Positions 54,217 through 64,000 are shown, counted from the stretch's first letter. The stretch is DNA of 64,000 bases from an uncultured delta proteobacterium (GCA_963713045.1 CAVQKE010000004.1:1152001-1216000), one strand, 5' to 3'. Notes: generated by a model from the letters alone, not told the origin. Translations and numbers: made by a program.

Positions 54217-55110
54217 TCACGAGCTTTGACGAAGCGAGGAAGATTCAGGCCGATTGAGGTGGTACTGCCTGAACTCTCGCCATGAGCTTTCCTTTGGTTT
54301 GCGAGCACACTCCAAATAAATGTAGGTAACAGAAGCTCCGCGGCGCGATTTCTTCTTGCTCATTCTGAGAAACCGGGCGGCTTCTTCGACGCGTTGCGAA
54401 GTACCGAGATTATTGATCTGAATGACCGTGTCGCCTCTACGAATCTGGTCAAGAAATCGGCTTTTCCCCGTCCAGCGAACGGAATCAACCTCGCACCTTC
54501 GCGGGTTGGTTAGCTCGCGCTTAGCCCGGCGGGAACCCTCTTCCTCAAAAGCCAGTTCCTCTTCCGGATAATCGATGGGCTCTACGCCGATCAACCAAAC
54601 ACGTCTGCCCGGACGACGCAGCATCCTGTTCTGATTTTGGGCTCCGCCTTGTTTTGGAGGCTTATATACCCTATCGCACTCCTTAAGCCACTCGGGCGTT
54701 ACCTCTTCCACGGTCCGTTCCCTAAACCACTGGCGAACCTCTCGCACCACCACCACATCGGTCGTTAAAAGACCGGCTTCGTCCAGATAGTCTGACGAAT
54801 GCCGCGAGAGATTCGCAGAACTAACGACAACTTTCTGCCCACAAAGGATAATCTTAGCGTGGAGGTTCGGAGCCAAGAATACCCTCACTCCTTTCCTTTG
54901 CAATTGGGCTAGCTCGGCCGGGCACACGGAGCCATTGCGCGAGTTCTCTAGAGTTAAGTCGACGACTAAAACGTCGCCTCTCTTGAGGCGAAGCAGTTTC
55001 CCGCCATCGCGACTTATGTATGGGACCGCGACGGAGAGGCGACGGTTTCGCTCTCGGGAAAGCGTTTTGAGTTCTTTCCAGATATTTTCGCTATGAAGAA
55101 ACGCAAGCAT
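54217..55110 (-). CDS. Phospholipase D-superfamily (Nuc/BfiI-like) nuclease with C-terminal domain
   Basis: AVPYI and LHAKIILCGQKVVVSSANLS...EAG motifs. Confidence 0.82.
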   Translation of the reverse strand: MLAFLHSENIWKELKTLSRERNRRLSVAVPYISRDGGKLLRLKRGDVLVVDLTLENSRNGSVCPAELAQLQRKGVRVFLAPNLHAKIILCGQKVVVSSANLSRHSSDYLDEAGLLTTDVVVVREVRQWFRERTVEEVTPEWLKECDRVYKPPKQGGAQNQNRMLRRPGRRVWLIGVEPIDYPEEELAFEEEGSRRAKRELTNPRRCEVDSVRWTGKSRFLDQIRRGDTVIQINNLGTSQRVEEAARFLRMSKKKSRRGASVTYIYLECARKPKESSWREFRQYHLNRPESSSLRQSS

Positions 55111-55148
55111 GGCGAAGACGATCTGTATCTGTTACTCGGCGGGCTGAT

Positions 55149-55526
55149 TTACCGATTCATCGTATGTTCTCTAACCCGTCGAGCTATGGGTTTGACGATC
55201 GTGCTAATTTCATTAGCATGTTCTTCAAATGTGCCCTCCACGAAGCGTTCCGCACGGTTGAAGTAGAAAAGAAGATCAAGAAGGTCCTGCGTCGAAAACA
55301 GCTCCATCGGCGTGCTTTCCAACAGAGACAACTGGCTTTTTGCCCAAGCGCAAAGTGCTTCGACTCCCGGATGACGTGCATAGCCGTCCACTGTACATGC
55401 CAAGGCTGACACACTCGGCACCTCTCCCATGCTGGTCAGAAGCCACTCCTGTGCCTTAGCAACATCTTCGGAAATTGCTGGGCAGAAAGAGATCACTCCT
55501 TCTGCTTGTATCGTTAAGATACGCAA
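55149..55526 (-). CDS. Hypothetical protein (DUF6508-like RxERF motif)
   Basis: LLFYFNRAERFVEG; co-oriented just upstream of the PLD gene. Confidence 0.5.
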   Translation of the reverse strand: MRILTIQAEGVISFCPAISEDVAKAQEWLLTSMGEVPSVSALACTVDGYARHPGVEALCAWAKSQLSLLESTPMELFSTQDLLDLLFYFNRAERFVEGTFEEHANEISTIVKPIARRVREHTMNR

Positions 55527-55853
55527 TCAGTCGAGCGTAATACTCAGTCAATGCGGTAGTTTTCGGTGCAGTTATGCCCGTCCCTTCTTTGCCAGCGTTC
55601 CCCCTTGCCAAACGACCTAAGAGCCAGGAGCGCGTCTCCGAGAAATGCGTTCGATGGCAATCGAAAACCAATCCTCTTCACGTGAGAAAAGTCAATCGAC
55701 CAGATACCATCCATGCTGAAAGCTTGTTGTTGAAAGTGCTTCCGCGACACGCCGGGACCTGGGTCATTTCCAGCATTGACTAGAACAGCATCCTAAAACA
55801 GTTGCCATAGCCGACGATACTAGCAGATTAACAGTACGAAGGATAATCTGACA

Positions 55854-56498
55854 ATGCTCAACGTCAATCTTTGGCATAACTTTCTACAAGTATTTTCGAG
55901 CGCTGTTACCAACGCTGATCAGGACAAACTCGCTTTGGCCTGGGCAGGTGCGAAAGCGAGAACCAGCTTCTACAAAGAAATGCTTGCACCCCTCGCGACT
56001 AGCCTCGGCACACGCATTGAAGAGCAACTAGAGCCGGGCGGCGAATTGTTTAAGGTCGACTTTGCAATTTGCCGAAATTCGAACGGAATTGGCGTTCCTC
56101 TCGTCTTCATTGAATCGGAAAACAATCCAGACTCCGCTTTTCACGAAGTCCGCAAACTCGTCAATTTAGCAGCGCCTCTAAGAGTGTTGATCACTGTCTC
56201 ACAATGGGACGAAGGCGGGATCTGGGAAAGCCGCGGGGGAGGCAATCGAAGCAGGCTCCTAGGACAATGGGAAAGCGTCATACAAGAACATCAAAAGGTT
56301 TGGCCAAGACCTGGGGTTGTTGGGATTTTGATCGGCGAATGGCGCCCGGACAGAAAGTTGCGATTTTATGGTTACGGTTATGGCGCAGGTCATCGGATTG
56401 CTATGCCACAGGGCTTGCCATCTGGCGAAATTCTACTTGAATCCAGCGTCGCATACCAGGATCCCCGTGATTGCTTAAGGCGTATTGCGGTTCAATAG
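55854..56498 (+). CDS. Putative PD-(D/E)XK-fold nuclease
   Basis: E..KVDFAI...VFIESEN...EVRKL pattern; AAGGA RBS. Confidence 0.55.
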   Translation: MLNVNLWHNFLQVFSSAVTNADQDKLALAWAGAKARTSFYKEMLAPLATSLGTRIEEQLEPGGELFKVDFAICRNSNGIGVPLVFIESENNPDSAFHEVRKLVNLAAPLRVLITVSQWDEGGIWESRGGGNRSRLLGQWESVIQEHQKVWPRPGVVGILIGEWRPDRKLRFYGYGYGAGHRIAMPQGLPSGEILLESSVAYQDPRDCLRRIAVQ

Positions 56499-56941
56499 TT
56501 CAATAACGCTTCCGTTAACGGGCCTAACTCCCTGGGGCGCATATTCACGCTTTCTTTGCGCTGGCGCAATTCTAACCAAGTCTAAAGGATCTTATCGTCG
56601 AATCACTCCTAAAGAATAGCCCGCCTGGCTGCTCTACCAACATTGCATGACTAACAGACGAAATGCACAAATGCAAATGTGAGGACATCAACGTGATCGA
56701 TTGGCTAGGAATAAAATGTTTTAAAGGTAATGCTGTTTGGCAGCGCCGATTTAATAGTCCGGTAAACTCACCGGTTTAAGAACCGGATACGGGAAGGCAG
56801 GATTTTCTTCAAAGGTTCAAGCAAGAACTTTTCTTCATTTTGTTCTGTCTTGTTCCGTTTTCTTCGGTTGCGGCGCTAATTTTCTTCGGTCTCGGGCAGC
56901 GGAGCTTGAAGTAGCGGCAACTCAAACTCTTGAGTTTGCCG

Positions 56942-57439
56942 ATGAAGTGTTCTGCGCGGCGGAAGTGCCAGCATTGCAAGGAGTTCTATCTGCCGGATCG
57001 ACGCAATTTGCATCATCAGCGCTACTGCTCAGAAGCTGCCTGTCGCAAACAGAGCAAAGCGGAAAGTCAGCGCCGCTGGGCACAAAAACCGGACAACCAA
57101 AACTACTTCAGCGGGCCGCAAAATAGCCAGCGTGTCAAAGAGTGGCGAAAACGCAATCCCGGGTACTGGCGCAAAAAGAGCCCTCTACCCCGAGAACCGT
57201 TACAAGATCTCTGTGCGACTCAAGTAGCTCAGGATGAGGAAGTTAAAAGAATAGAGATCTCCGATGCGTTACAAGATGTCTTGGTGATGCAACCTGCTGT
57301 GATGGTGGGACTTATCTCCATGATGACTGGTAGTGCGTTACAAGAGGACATCGCGGCGACCACCCGGGCGCTGCTAAGCAAAGGCCAGGACATCCTCGGC
57401 AGGAGGCTCTGGAGTCACAACGACGCATTCTCACGATGA
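56942..57439 (+). CDS. IS21 passenger 1: Cys-rich (zinc-finger-like) protein
   Basis: CQHC...YCSEAAC and WRKRNPGYWR. Confidence 0.75.
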   Translation: MKCSARRKCQHCKEFYLPDRRNLHHQRYCSEAACRKQSKAESQRRWAQKPDNQNYFSGPQNSQRVKEWRKRNPGYWRKKSPLPREPLQDLCATQVAQDEEVKRIEISDALQDVLVMQPAVMVGLISMMTGSALQEDIAATTRALLSKGQDILGRRLWSHNDAFSR

Positions 57440-57852
57440 TAACCAAACGGGTACTCTGTCCGGAACGGCTGCGCCATGTGCCGCACCGCTTTAGTTGGAT
57501 CGATCAACGGCTGGTGCGCGATGGCCACATCGCCCGGTGTGGTCCTCAAGCGCTGGCGCTTTACCTGCTCTTGGTCACGGTGGCCGATGCGCAGGGTTTA
57601 AGTTACTACTCCGATAAGACCGCGGCACGGTTGCTCTCGCTCAATGAAGCCCAGTTGCGCGAGGCTCGGTGCAGTTTGCTGGCAGCGGGTCTGATTGCTT
57701 ACGAATCTCCGCTCTACCAAGTCTTGAGCCTGGAACCGACCTCGACCAGTGAACCACCCGTTGCGCGCTCCGGCCAGACGCTTCCCATCAGCGCGATTTT
57801 GCGCCAGATGTTGGAGACCGGAGGAGCGCAGCAGCAGCCGCCCTCGCCGTGA
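57436..57852 (+). CDS. IS21 passenger 2: winged-HTH-like protein
   Basis: FSWIDQRLV...LALYLLLVTVADAQGLSYYS...LLAAGLIAY; ATGA overlap. Confidence 0.75.
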   Translation: MITKRVLCPERLRHVPHRFSWIDQRLVRDGHIARCGPQALALYLLLVTVADAQGLSYYSDKTAARLLSLNEAQLREARCSLLAAGLIAYESPLYQVLSLEPTSTSEPPVARSGQTLPISAILRQMLETGGAQQQPPSP

Positions 57853-59342
57853 TCTCTTACGAGCTTTATTGTCAAATCCAGCTCTATTACAAGGAGCGTG
57901 GTTTAAGCTTTGCCCAGATCGGCCGCGAGTTGAACCTCGATGAAGAGACGGTAGCAAAGTGGGCGCGCCAGAAGACCTACTGCCAGCACCTCAGAGCCCG
58001 GCGAAAGAGCAAGCTCGATCCTTACAAGCCAATCATCCAGCGCTGGTTGGAGCAGCATCCGTATAGCGCCGCGCAAATCTTCCAGCGGCTGCGTGCCGAG
58101 CAGGCTTATAGCGGCGGAATCTCCATCCTCACAGACTATGTGCGTCGAGTGCGGCCCGTGCGCGCGCCAGCTTTCCTGACCCTGGTGTTCGCTCCGGGCG
58201 AATGCGCGCAAGTCGATTGGGGCTGCGCCGGCTCGATGGCAATTGGTTCAACTCGCCGACGGCTCTCCTTCTTTGTCATGGTGCTTTGCTACAGCCGATT
58301 GTGCTATGTCGAGTTTACCCTGGGCGAAGCGACGGAGCACTTCCTGGCCGCTCACCAGAACGCTTTGGAGTTTTTCGGCGGCGTTCCGGCCAAAATTCTC
58401 ATCGACAATCCTAAGACCGCTGTGCTCAAGCATCCTGCTGGAGAAAGGCCGCTCTTTCATCCGCGCTACCTGGACTTTGCAGCACACTACGGCTTCGAGC
58501 CGCGTGCTTGTAACGTGCGAAGGCCAAACGAAAAAGGCCGTGTGGAATCCGGTGTCGGGTACGTAAAGAAAAATTTCCTCGACGGCCTGCAACTGCCTCC
58601 CGGCTTGAACGCACTGAACACTGCTGCACGCCACTGGATGGATACGGTTGCCAATGTCCGCATTCACGGGGAAACGCACAAACAACCGATCGAACTCTTC
58701 GCACTGGAAAAGTCGCATTTGAACGCGTTGCCGCCGCTTCCCGCCGACACCGGAGTCATCCGGACTGTACCGACCAGCAGCCGCTTCCGTGTGGTGTTGG
58801 ATACCAACCGCTATTCGGTTCCCAGCCTTTATGCTTCCCAGCCGCTGCTACTCAAAACCTTTGCCGATCGGCTCTGCATCTACCACGGCGAGAAGCTGAT
58901 CGCCACCCACACCCGCAGCTACGACCGGCACCAGGACTTCGAAGATCCCGATCACGGCAAGGAACTGCTCGATCAGCGCCGTGCAGCACGCGACGCCAAA
59001 CTGCTGCTGCGCTTCTTTGGCCTCTGTCCCCGTGCCGAAGAGTATTACCTCCAGCTTAAGATCCACCGCCTTAACCCCCGTCAACACATTGCCAAGATCA
59101 TGGCTTTAAGTGAGGTTCATGGCTGCGACAAAATCGCTCGCGCCATCGAAGACTCCTTCGAGTTCCAGGCCTTCAGTAGCGACTATATCGCAAACATCCT
59201 CCAACAACGCGAGCGCTTCAGTCCCCAGCCCGGCCCGCTCCACCTCACCAGGCGCCAAGATCTGCTCGAGGTCGAACTCGAGCAGCCCGATCTCTCCGTC
59301 TACGAAGGCTCAGATACCATCCCCATCGTGCCCAAACCATGA
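57849..59342 (+). CDS. istA: IS21 transposase
   Basis: PGECAQVDWG, IDNPKTAV, EKGRVESGVGYVK and NRYSVP. Confidence 0.95.
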   Translation: MISYELYCQIQLYYKERGLSFAQIGRELNLDEETVAKWARQKTYCQHLRARRKSKLDPYKPIIQRWLEQHPYSAAQIFQRLRAEQAYSGGISILTDYVRRVRPVRAPAFLTLVFAPGECAQVDWGCAGSMAIGSTRRRLSFFVMVLCYSRLCYVEFTLGEATEHFLAAHQNALEFFGGVPAKILIDNPKTAVLKHPAGERPLFHPRYLDFAAHYGFEPRACNVRRPNEKGRVESGVGYVKKNFLDGLQLPPGLNALNTAARHWMDTVANVRIHGETHKQPIELFALEKSHLNALPPLPADTGVIRTVPTSSRFRVVLDTNRYSVPSLYASQPLLLKTFADRLCIYHGEKLIATHTRSYDRHQDFEDPDHGKELLDQRRAARDAKLLLRFFGLCPRAEEYYLQLKIHRLNPRQHIAKIMALSEVHGCDKIARAIEDSFEFQAFSSDYIANILQQRERFSPQPGPLHLTRRQDLLEVELEQPDLSVYEGSDTIPIVPKP

Positions 59343-60091
59343 CTAGAAATCCTGCCGACCTCTTGCTCAATGACCACCTTGATTACCTCAAGTTGACTTC
59401 TGTCAAAGAAAACTGCCAACCCTTGGCTGTCGAAAGCGCCGCCAACCACTGGAGCCATCTCGACTACCTGGGTCGACTCCTTCAGGGCGAAGTCGCGGCC
59501 CGTCAACAGCGCACGATTGCTCGGCGGATCAAAGCCGCCCGTTTTCCAGTCATCAAGACCCTGGAAGGCTTCCGTTGGGACTGGCCCAAAAAAATCAATC
59601 GGCTCCAGATCCAGGACCTCTTCCGGCTTAGTTTTATCGAAGAGAAAGCCAACGTTATTTTCCTGGGTCTGGTTGGCCTCGGCAAAACTCACTTGGCCAC
59701 CGCACTCGGCTATGCCGCGTGCCAGCACGGGTATAGCGTCCTGTTCGCCAACGCTATCGACGTGATTAACACCTTGAGTGCCGCCCAGACTAAAGGCGTG
59801 CTCAAATCCGAGCTCAAACGCTATCTCTCACCCGCGCTACTGCTCCTCGACGAGATCGGCTATCTTCCCATCGACCAGCGCGGAGCCGACCTGCTCTTCC
59901 AGGTCATCAGCCAACGCTACGAACGCGGTTCTATCGTACTTACCTCCAACAAAGCCTTCAAACAATGGGCTACCATCTTCAATGGCGATAGCACTATCAC
60001 CTCCGCCGTGCTCGACCGTCTCCTCCACCACGCCGAAACCGTTTTAATCGAAGGCTCCAGCTACCGCATGAAAGACCGCATCGAAAGCTGA
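59339..60091 (+). CDS. istB: IS21 helper AAA+ ATPase
   Basis: GLVGLGKTHLA, LLDEIGY and LDRLLHHA. Confidence 0.95.
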   Translation: MTRNPADLLLNDHLDYLKLTSVKENCQPLAVESAANHWSHLDYLGRLLQGEVAARQQRTIARRIKAARFPVIKTLEGFRWDWPKKINRLQIQDLFRLSFIEEKANVIFLGLVGLGKTHLATALGYAACQHGYSVLFANAIDVINTLSAAQTKGVLKSELKRYLSPALLLLDEIGYLPIDQRGADLLFQVISQRYERGSIVLTSNKAFKQWATIFNGDSTITSAVLDRLLHHAETVLIEGSSYRMKDRIES

Positions 60092-60310
60092 CCACCGTCC
60101 CTTTTCGGAAATCACAGACCGTTGTCGTTAAACAACCCCCAATCGACCATCCGATTCTAAAATCGTTGGCTTTATCCGATTTTAACGCCGCCGCTCTCAT
60201 GCTGTTTCCTGAGCTGACCGTTTTGCTCGGCAAATCCCCCACTCTTCCCTTCCCTGCCCTCCCGTGCTTCACATTGGCCACCCAGAGCGACTAGTTACTA
60301 GTCGTCAGAC

Positions 60311-60601
60311 CTATCCGAGATATTCCACTGCATTATTCTTATCTCGGACGGCAACGGACGAGCCCGGATCGGCCAGGCAGAGTGTAGCGCTGGAACCGTC
60401 TTCAAAACCGAGTTTGAACTCGGCCTTCGTCTCATGAACGGATTTTACTTTGCCACCTGGCGGTATCGTCTCGGGTCCGGCTGTCTTGATCTTCATGTTT
60501 GACTGATCGTCGAACAGAACCAAAACGGCGCCTGGCTCGACCGTTGCGGCCTTCACAGTTCGGCCGGCGATAACTTTCGTCAGTTTCTGGTTTCTTGGCA
60601 C
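60311..60601 (-). CDS. Hypothetical beta-rich protein
   Basis: Compact ORF with two similar internal halves. Confidence 0.6.
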   Translation of the reverse strand: MPRNQKLTKVIAGRTVKAATVEPGAVLVLFDDQSNMKIKTAGPETIPPGGKVKSVHETKAEFKLGFEDGSSATLCLADPGSSVAVRDKNNAVEYLG

Positions 60602-61106
60602 AATCTATCTATTCTCTCGGTCTTTGTCTCGTGGGCTATTGGAGCGGGAGGGCTCGCACGAACACATTTCTTGTACGCTTCGATCCAGTCGGAGGCCATC
60701 TCGCGTTGGGCAGTCTTGAGATCCAGTTGCCCGGCGCATACGAGCTTGTGGAGCTTCCTCTCAAGGGCATCTTTCACATAGGAGTTCCAGGGCGAAGTTT
60801 TAGTCGATTGGGGCCAAAGGCTGCGAATGGAATTGGATCTTCCCAACGACAGCGGAATCAAATGATCAACTTCGTAATCGCCAGTCTTGTACTGCGTGAT
60901 TCCGTACTAGGCGTATGCCTGCCTTTTAAGCCATGCCGGGACCGCTCGCACCTTCTTCGCGTAGCCCGGAACGCACACATCCTGAGCGGTTACGTCGAAC
61001 GTGTCACCCGGTGTGAGCTTCGGATCGGGAAGAATCGGCGTGGGTTGCTCGGCGAGGACGACCTGGGCGAGGAACAACAAAAAAGCGAAGGCGCGTAGAA
61101 TGTACA
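60580..61106 (-). pseudogene. Exported HNH-like protein with in-frame TAG at 60907-60909
   Basis: Signal peptide, PDPKLTPG, YEVDHLIPLSLGRSN...LWPQ, KDALERKLHKLVC; both halves in the same frame. Confidence 0.7.
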
Positions 61107-61519
61107 TCGGGAACGTTTTATGGCTGGCTGAAGGACCTGGGCAAAGCAATACCAGCAACCGCTACCTTCAAAAAGGCATGGCTCTCATGGCCCTGACTCG
61201 ACGGACTCTGGGATCTCAAAACCTTCGCGAGCGCCGATGCCGTCAACACCACCACCGACCCTCAGCTCCCTAAGTACATTTCCCACGCTTTCGGCTCTCT
61301 GGACAAAACCTGGAAATCCGGCTACCTCCGCTCGGCCTACGGAGCTATCTGGTGCACAAGTTTAAACCCCAGAACCAGACAGACGACATCTTCCTGGCCC
61401 AGATCCTCGGCCATAAGCTGCTCGGACCTAACGCATCGCTTTCGGTCGGGCAGAGTTATAAGAATTTTTATGTCGTCGAACACTGAAGCGTTCTGATAAA
61501 AAACTAACCGCACAGTTTC

Positions 61520-63049
61520 ATGTCTCCAGAAGAAGAGCACGATAAAGCCATCCGGCGCATCAAGAAAGCCGAAGAAAACAGAAGTACTGAGTTAAATCTT
61601 GCCGGCTTTCAATCCCTGACTCGCTTTCCGCCAGAGTTGGCTGGCCTCACTTCGCTTCATATGCTCAACATGTCCGGTTGCCACCAGCTCAGCGGCGATC
61701 TCTCCGCGCTGGCAGAACTCAAGTCGCTCCGATCACTCAGCCTCACCGGGTGCAAACAGCTCAGCGGCGACTTGCGTCCGCTGGCAGCACTCACCTCGAT
61801 CCAACGGCTCGACCTCTCCTGGGGCGATCAGCTCAGCGGCGACTTGAGCCCGCTGGCAGCACTCACCTCGCTCCAATCGCTCGACCTCTGCGGGTGCAAA
61901 CAGCTCAGCGGCGACTTGAGCCCGCTGGCAGCACTCACCTCGCTCCAATCGCTCGACCTCTGCGGGTGTAAACAGCTCGGCGGCGATTTGCGTCCGCTGG
62001 CGGCACTCACCTCGCTCCAATCGCTCGACCTCTACGGGTGTAAACAGCTCGGCGGCGACTTGCGTCCGCTGGCAGCACTCACCTCGCTCCAATCGCTCGA
62101 CCTCTACGGGTGCCGCCAGCTCAGCGGCGATTTGCGTCCGCTGGCAGCACTCACCTCGCTCCAACGGCTCGACCTATCCGGGTGCCGCCAGCTCAGCGGC
62201 GATTTGACCCCGCTGGCAGCACTCACCTCGCTCCAATTGCTCAACCTCGCAGGGTGTGATCAGCTCAGCGGCGACCTCTCCCCGATGGGCAACCTCGCGC
62301 TCGAATCCCTTATCGATGATGCGCTTCTTAATGAAGCCGAAACACGCGTACAGAAGTTTATTATCCGCCCAAACGTCTGTGATTACTTTCGTTCGTTTGA
62401 CGGGAGTAGCTCAATTGATCCTTTATTCAAGTACGGCCTTACTAGAGTGACCGAGCCGGAATCTTTCGCAGTATTGCAGGATTGGTATTTAGACACCTCT
62501 GGTGATACGGTGGATGGCAATGTCTGTTATATCAAAAAGTGCGCGAGAGAAGATCCGGGGCCAACTCGTTTTGGTGGCGACACTACCTTCTCCAATTTGT
62601 TTCATACCGATTGGTCTGCACGTTGGTTGAAGAATCGTAAGGTATTACCGCTTAATGCAATTTGGGGGATGCGACGGCAATATAACAGAATTACCCGAAC
62701 AGGCTTCCGTACGCCACAGGCCCCGGTGAATGATGCTATTCACGAAGAAGCTCTGGACCTATGGTTGTGGTTGGCTACTGAGTTGCGTCCTAAGACCATT
62801 TATCTATGCGGAAGCTGGGCACGGAAAGAAAGCGAATTTGGAGAGGATCATGCTCGGGAGCTTTCAGTTGATAAATATTTTCGGGAAGCGTGGAGTCCCC
62901 GGGCAAATGAAAGGGAAATCGTCAGTAAAGCGCGGAGAACATTAGTCCACACAAAGATTCGTTCTTTGCCTCATCCGTCTAACAGAAGAACCCCTGCGTG
63001 GCGCACTTTAGAGTATCGTAAGTACGGCGTCATTTTACCTGAGGTATGA
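61520..63049 (+). CDS. LRR protein fused to a uracil-DNA-glycosylase-like domain
   Basis: Nine 24-aa LRRs; C-domain with LQDW, PLNAI, LRPKTIYLCGSWA and LPHPS motifs. Confidence 0.7.
   Translation: MSPEEEHDKAIRRIKKAEENRSTELNLAGFQSLTRFPPELAGLTSLHMLNMSGCHQLSGDLSALAELKSLRSLSLTGCKQLSGDLRPLAALTSIQRLDLSWGDQLSGDLSPLAALTSLQSLDLCGCKQLSGDLSPLAALTSLQSLDLCGCKQLGGDLRPLAALTSLQSLDLYGCKQLGGDLRPLAALTSLQSLDLYGCRQLSGDLRPLAALTSLQRLDLSGCRQLSGDLTPLAALTSLQLLNLAGCDQLSGDLSPMGNLALESLIDDALLNEAETRVQKFIIRPNVCDYFRSFDGSSSIDPLFKYGLTRVTEPESFAVLQDWYLDTSGDTVDGNVCYIKKCAREDPGPTRFGGDTTFSNLFHTDWSARWLKNRKVLPLNAIWGMRRQYNRITRTGFRTPQAPVNDAIHEEALDLWLWLATELRPKTIYLCGSWARKESEFGEDHARELSVDKYFREAWSPRANEREIVSKARRTLVHTKIRSLPHPSNRRTPAWRTLEYRKYGVILPEV
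61646..62293 (+). repeat. 72-bp coding tandem repeat (9 units)
   Basis: Near-identical ctcacctcgctccaatcgctcgacctc...cagctcagcggcgacttg units. Confidence 0.95.
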
Positions 63050-63500
63050 ACGACCTCTGGATTGTCGTCGCTCCTGCTATGTGGCCGATTAGCGAGCGTG
63101 TGAACAGCCCGAAAAATCACGATCCTTCGCTCGTTGAACCAATTCGACTATGAAGCTTGCCGAGTTGGAGCGGTTGGTCGACAAGGCTGAAAAGATCAGT
63201 TTGCACAATGCGCGAGCGCTGGTCGAGTACCGGCGACATAGGGCCGAAAGAACCGAGGGCACAGGGATGGGCCGCAACGTCGATCCAGAAAAGAGAGTGA
63301 GGCGGCCATCCTTGCCTAAATGCGTTGGTTTACTAAAAGCGACACGGGCTTTTGTAGCAGGATTGATATGCTCAGCGAGCGACACCAAAGCATTATGACA
63401 ACGCGCAATCCATTTTTCGTTTGATAAGCTGGGCGCCTATCGGATCGGTACAAGAGCCAATGCTTGAAAGCTTTGAAGCGAGCGATTGAGATCATCGTTT

Positions 63501-64000
63501 CTACTCGGCGGGCTGTGGAAGCCACGGGCCAAAAGGCTCATCGGTTTGGTGCTCCACCCGATCGACCAGCCACCTATAGGCCTTGGCAATCTTCAGTTCT
63601 TCCTTACGGGGATCGTCTGGACGTATTTCCTCAGACAGTGCATTGCCAAAGTCCCTAGAGAGAGCAGTGAGAAGAATGGAGGAATTTGTAGTAGAGTGAA
63701 TCCTGTCGTAGAGCTCTCTCGTGAAAGTGTCGACTGAATGTATGCTGTCGATGTACCATCTCACAACCGCGATGGCCATTTTGGGGTTTTGTTCTATAGC
63801 CTTTTGAACAAGGTCTCCCACTTTCTGGGACGAGGAGCAACGAATCCAGACGTCAACCAGATCTCGTGAAACGCGTCGATTTTTGAAGTCGTAAAGGTAT
63901 CCACTTTGATGAACTTTATTGATTTTATCCGCGATCTGTGGATTCAATGCGGCAAACTCATCATTGGAGATCAGCGGTTCCGAATCCGAACTGCTTGAAT
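63501..64000 (-). CDS. Hypothetical protein, probably partial at the window edge
   Basis: Open frame of at least 148 aa; no motif recognised. Confidence 0.4.
   Translation of the reverse strand, partial: SSSSDSEPLISNDEFAALNPQIADKINKVHQSGYLYDFKNRRVSRDLVDVWIRCSSSQKVGDLVQKAIEQNPKMAIAVVRWYIDSIHSVDTFTRELYDRIHSTTNSSILLTALSRDFGNALSEEIRPDDPRKEELKIAKAYRWLVDRVEHQTDEPFGPWLPQPAE

Larger units (their letters stand above)
56738..60199 (+). mobile_element. Four-gene IS21-family element (3462 bp)
   Basis: TG...CA ends, ~49-bp imperfect IRs, 7-bp TSD TGCTGTT (56731-37 and 60200-06). Confidence 0.88.

Noticed and set aside
60205..60219. TTCCTGAGCTGACC match to the Tn3 MITE IR
   Set aside because: Only about 14 bp, lacks the terminal CCCC and has no partner end
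60907..60909. Pyrrolysine or recoded TAG in the HNH-like gene
   Set aside because: TAG is used as a normal stop by neighbouring genes; a GAG-to-TAG mutation or error is simpler
61646..62293. Diversity-generating retroelement acting on the LRR repeats
   Set aside because: No reverse transcriptase in the window and variation is not adenine-specific

Overview
The window looks like a concatenation of at least three unrelated sequence pieces, with many single-base frameshifts typical of long-read consensus error. (A) 1-~11202 is GC-rich and myxobacteria-like by inference: KimA/YdaO-type APC permease, an integrase relic, an outer-membrane protein with TlpA thioredoxin, a response regulator, an Ig-repeat/beta-helix lipoprotein, and ybhG-ybhF-like ABC exporter genes cut at the junction. 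(B) ~11203-~22860 holds chromosomal genes (truncated RNB nuclease, permuted DHH-like phosphoesterase, TauE/SafE, VOC, ArsR, Uup-like ABC-F, thioesterase, secreted hypotheticals), a promoter/operator shared by two genes, a candidate ~210-nt structured sRNA and a 23-bp satellite with 69-bp higher-order structure. (C) ~22860-64000 is an IS-dense accessory island: several ISKra4-type elements, two Tn3-type MITEs, a Tn3 transposase, an IS110 with resolvable ends and a bridge-RNA-like leader, and a four-gene IS21 with a 7-bp target duplication. It carries innate-immunity-like genes: a TIR-like + DUF5677-like pair, LRR-Roc-COR, TIR-TM-WD40, a PLD nuclease, a PD-(D/E)XK-like protein, a TA pair and an apparent in-frame LRR + uracil-DNA-glycosylase-like fusion, which is the best candidate for something undescribed. 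All family calls come from motif recognition by eye; no database search was run.
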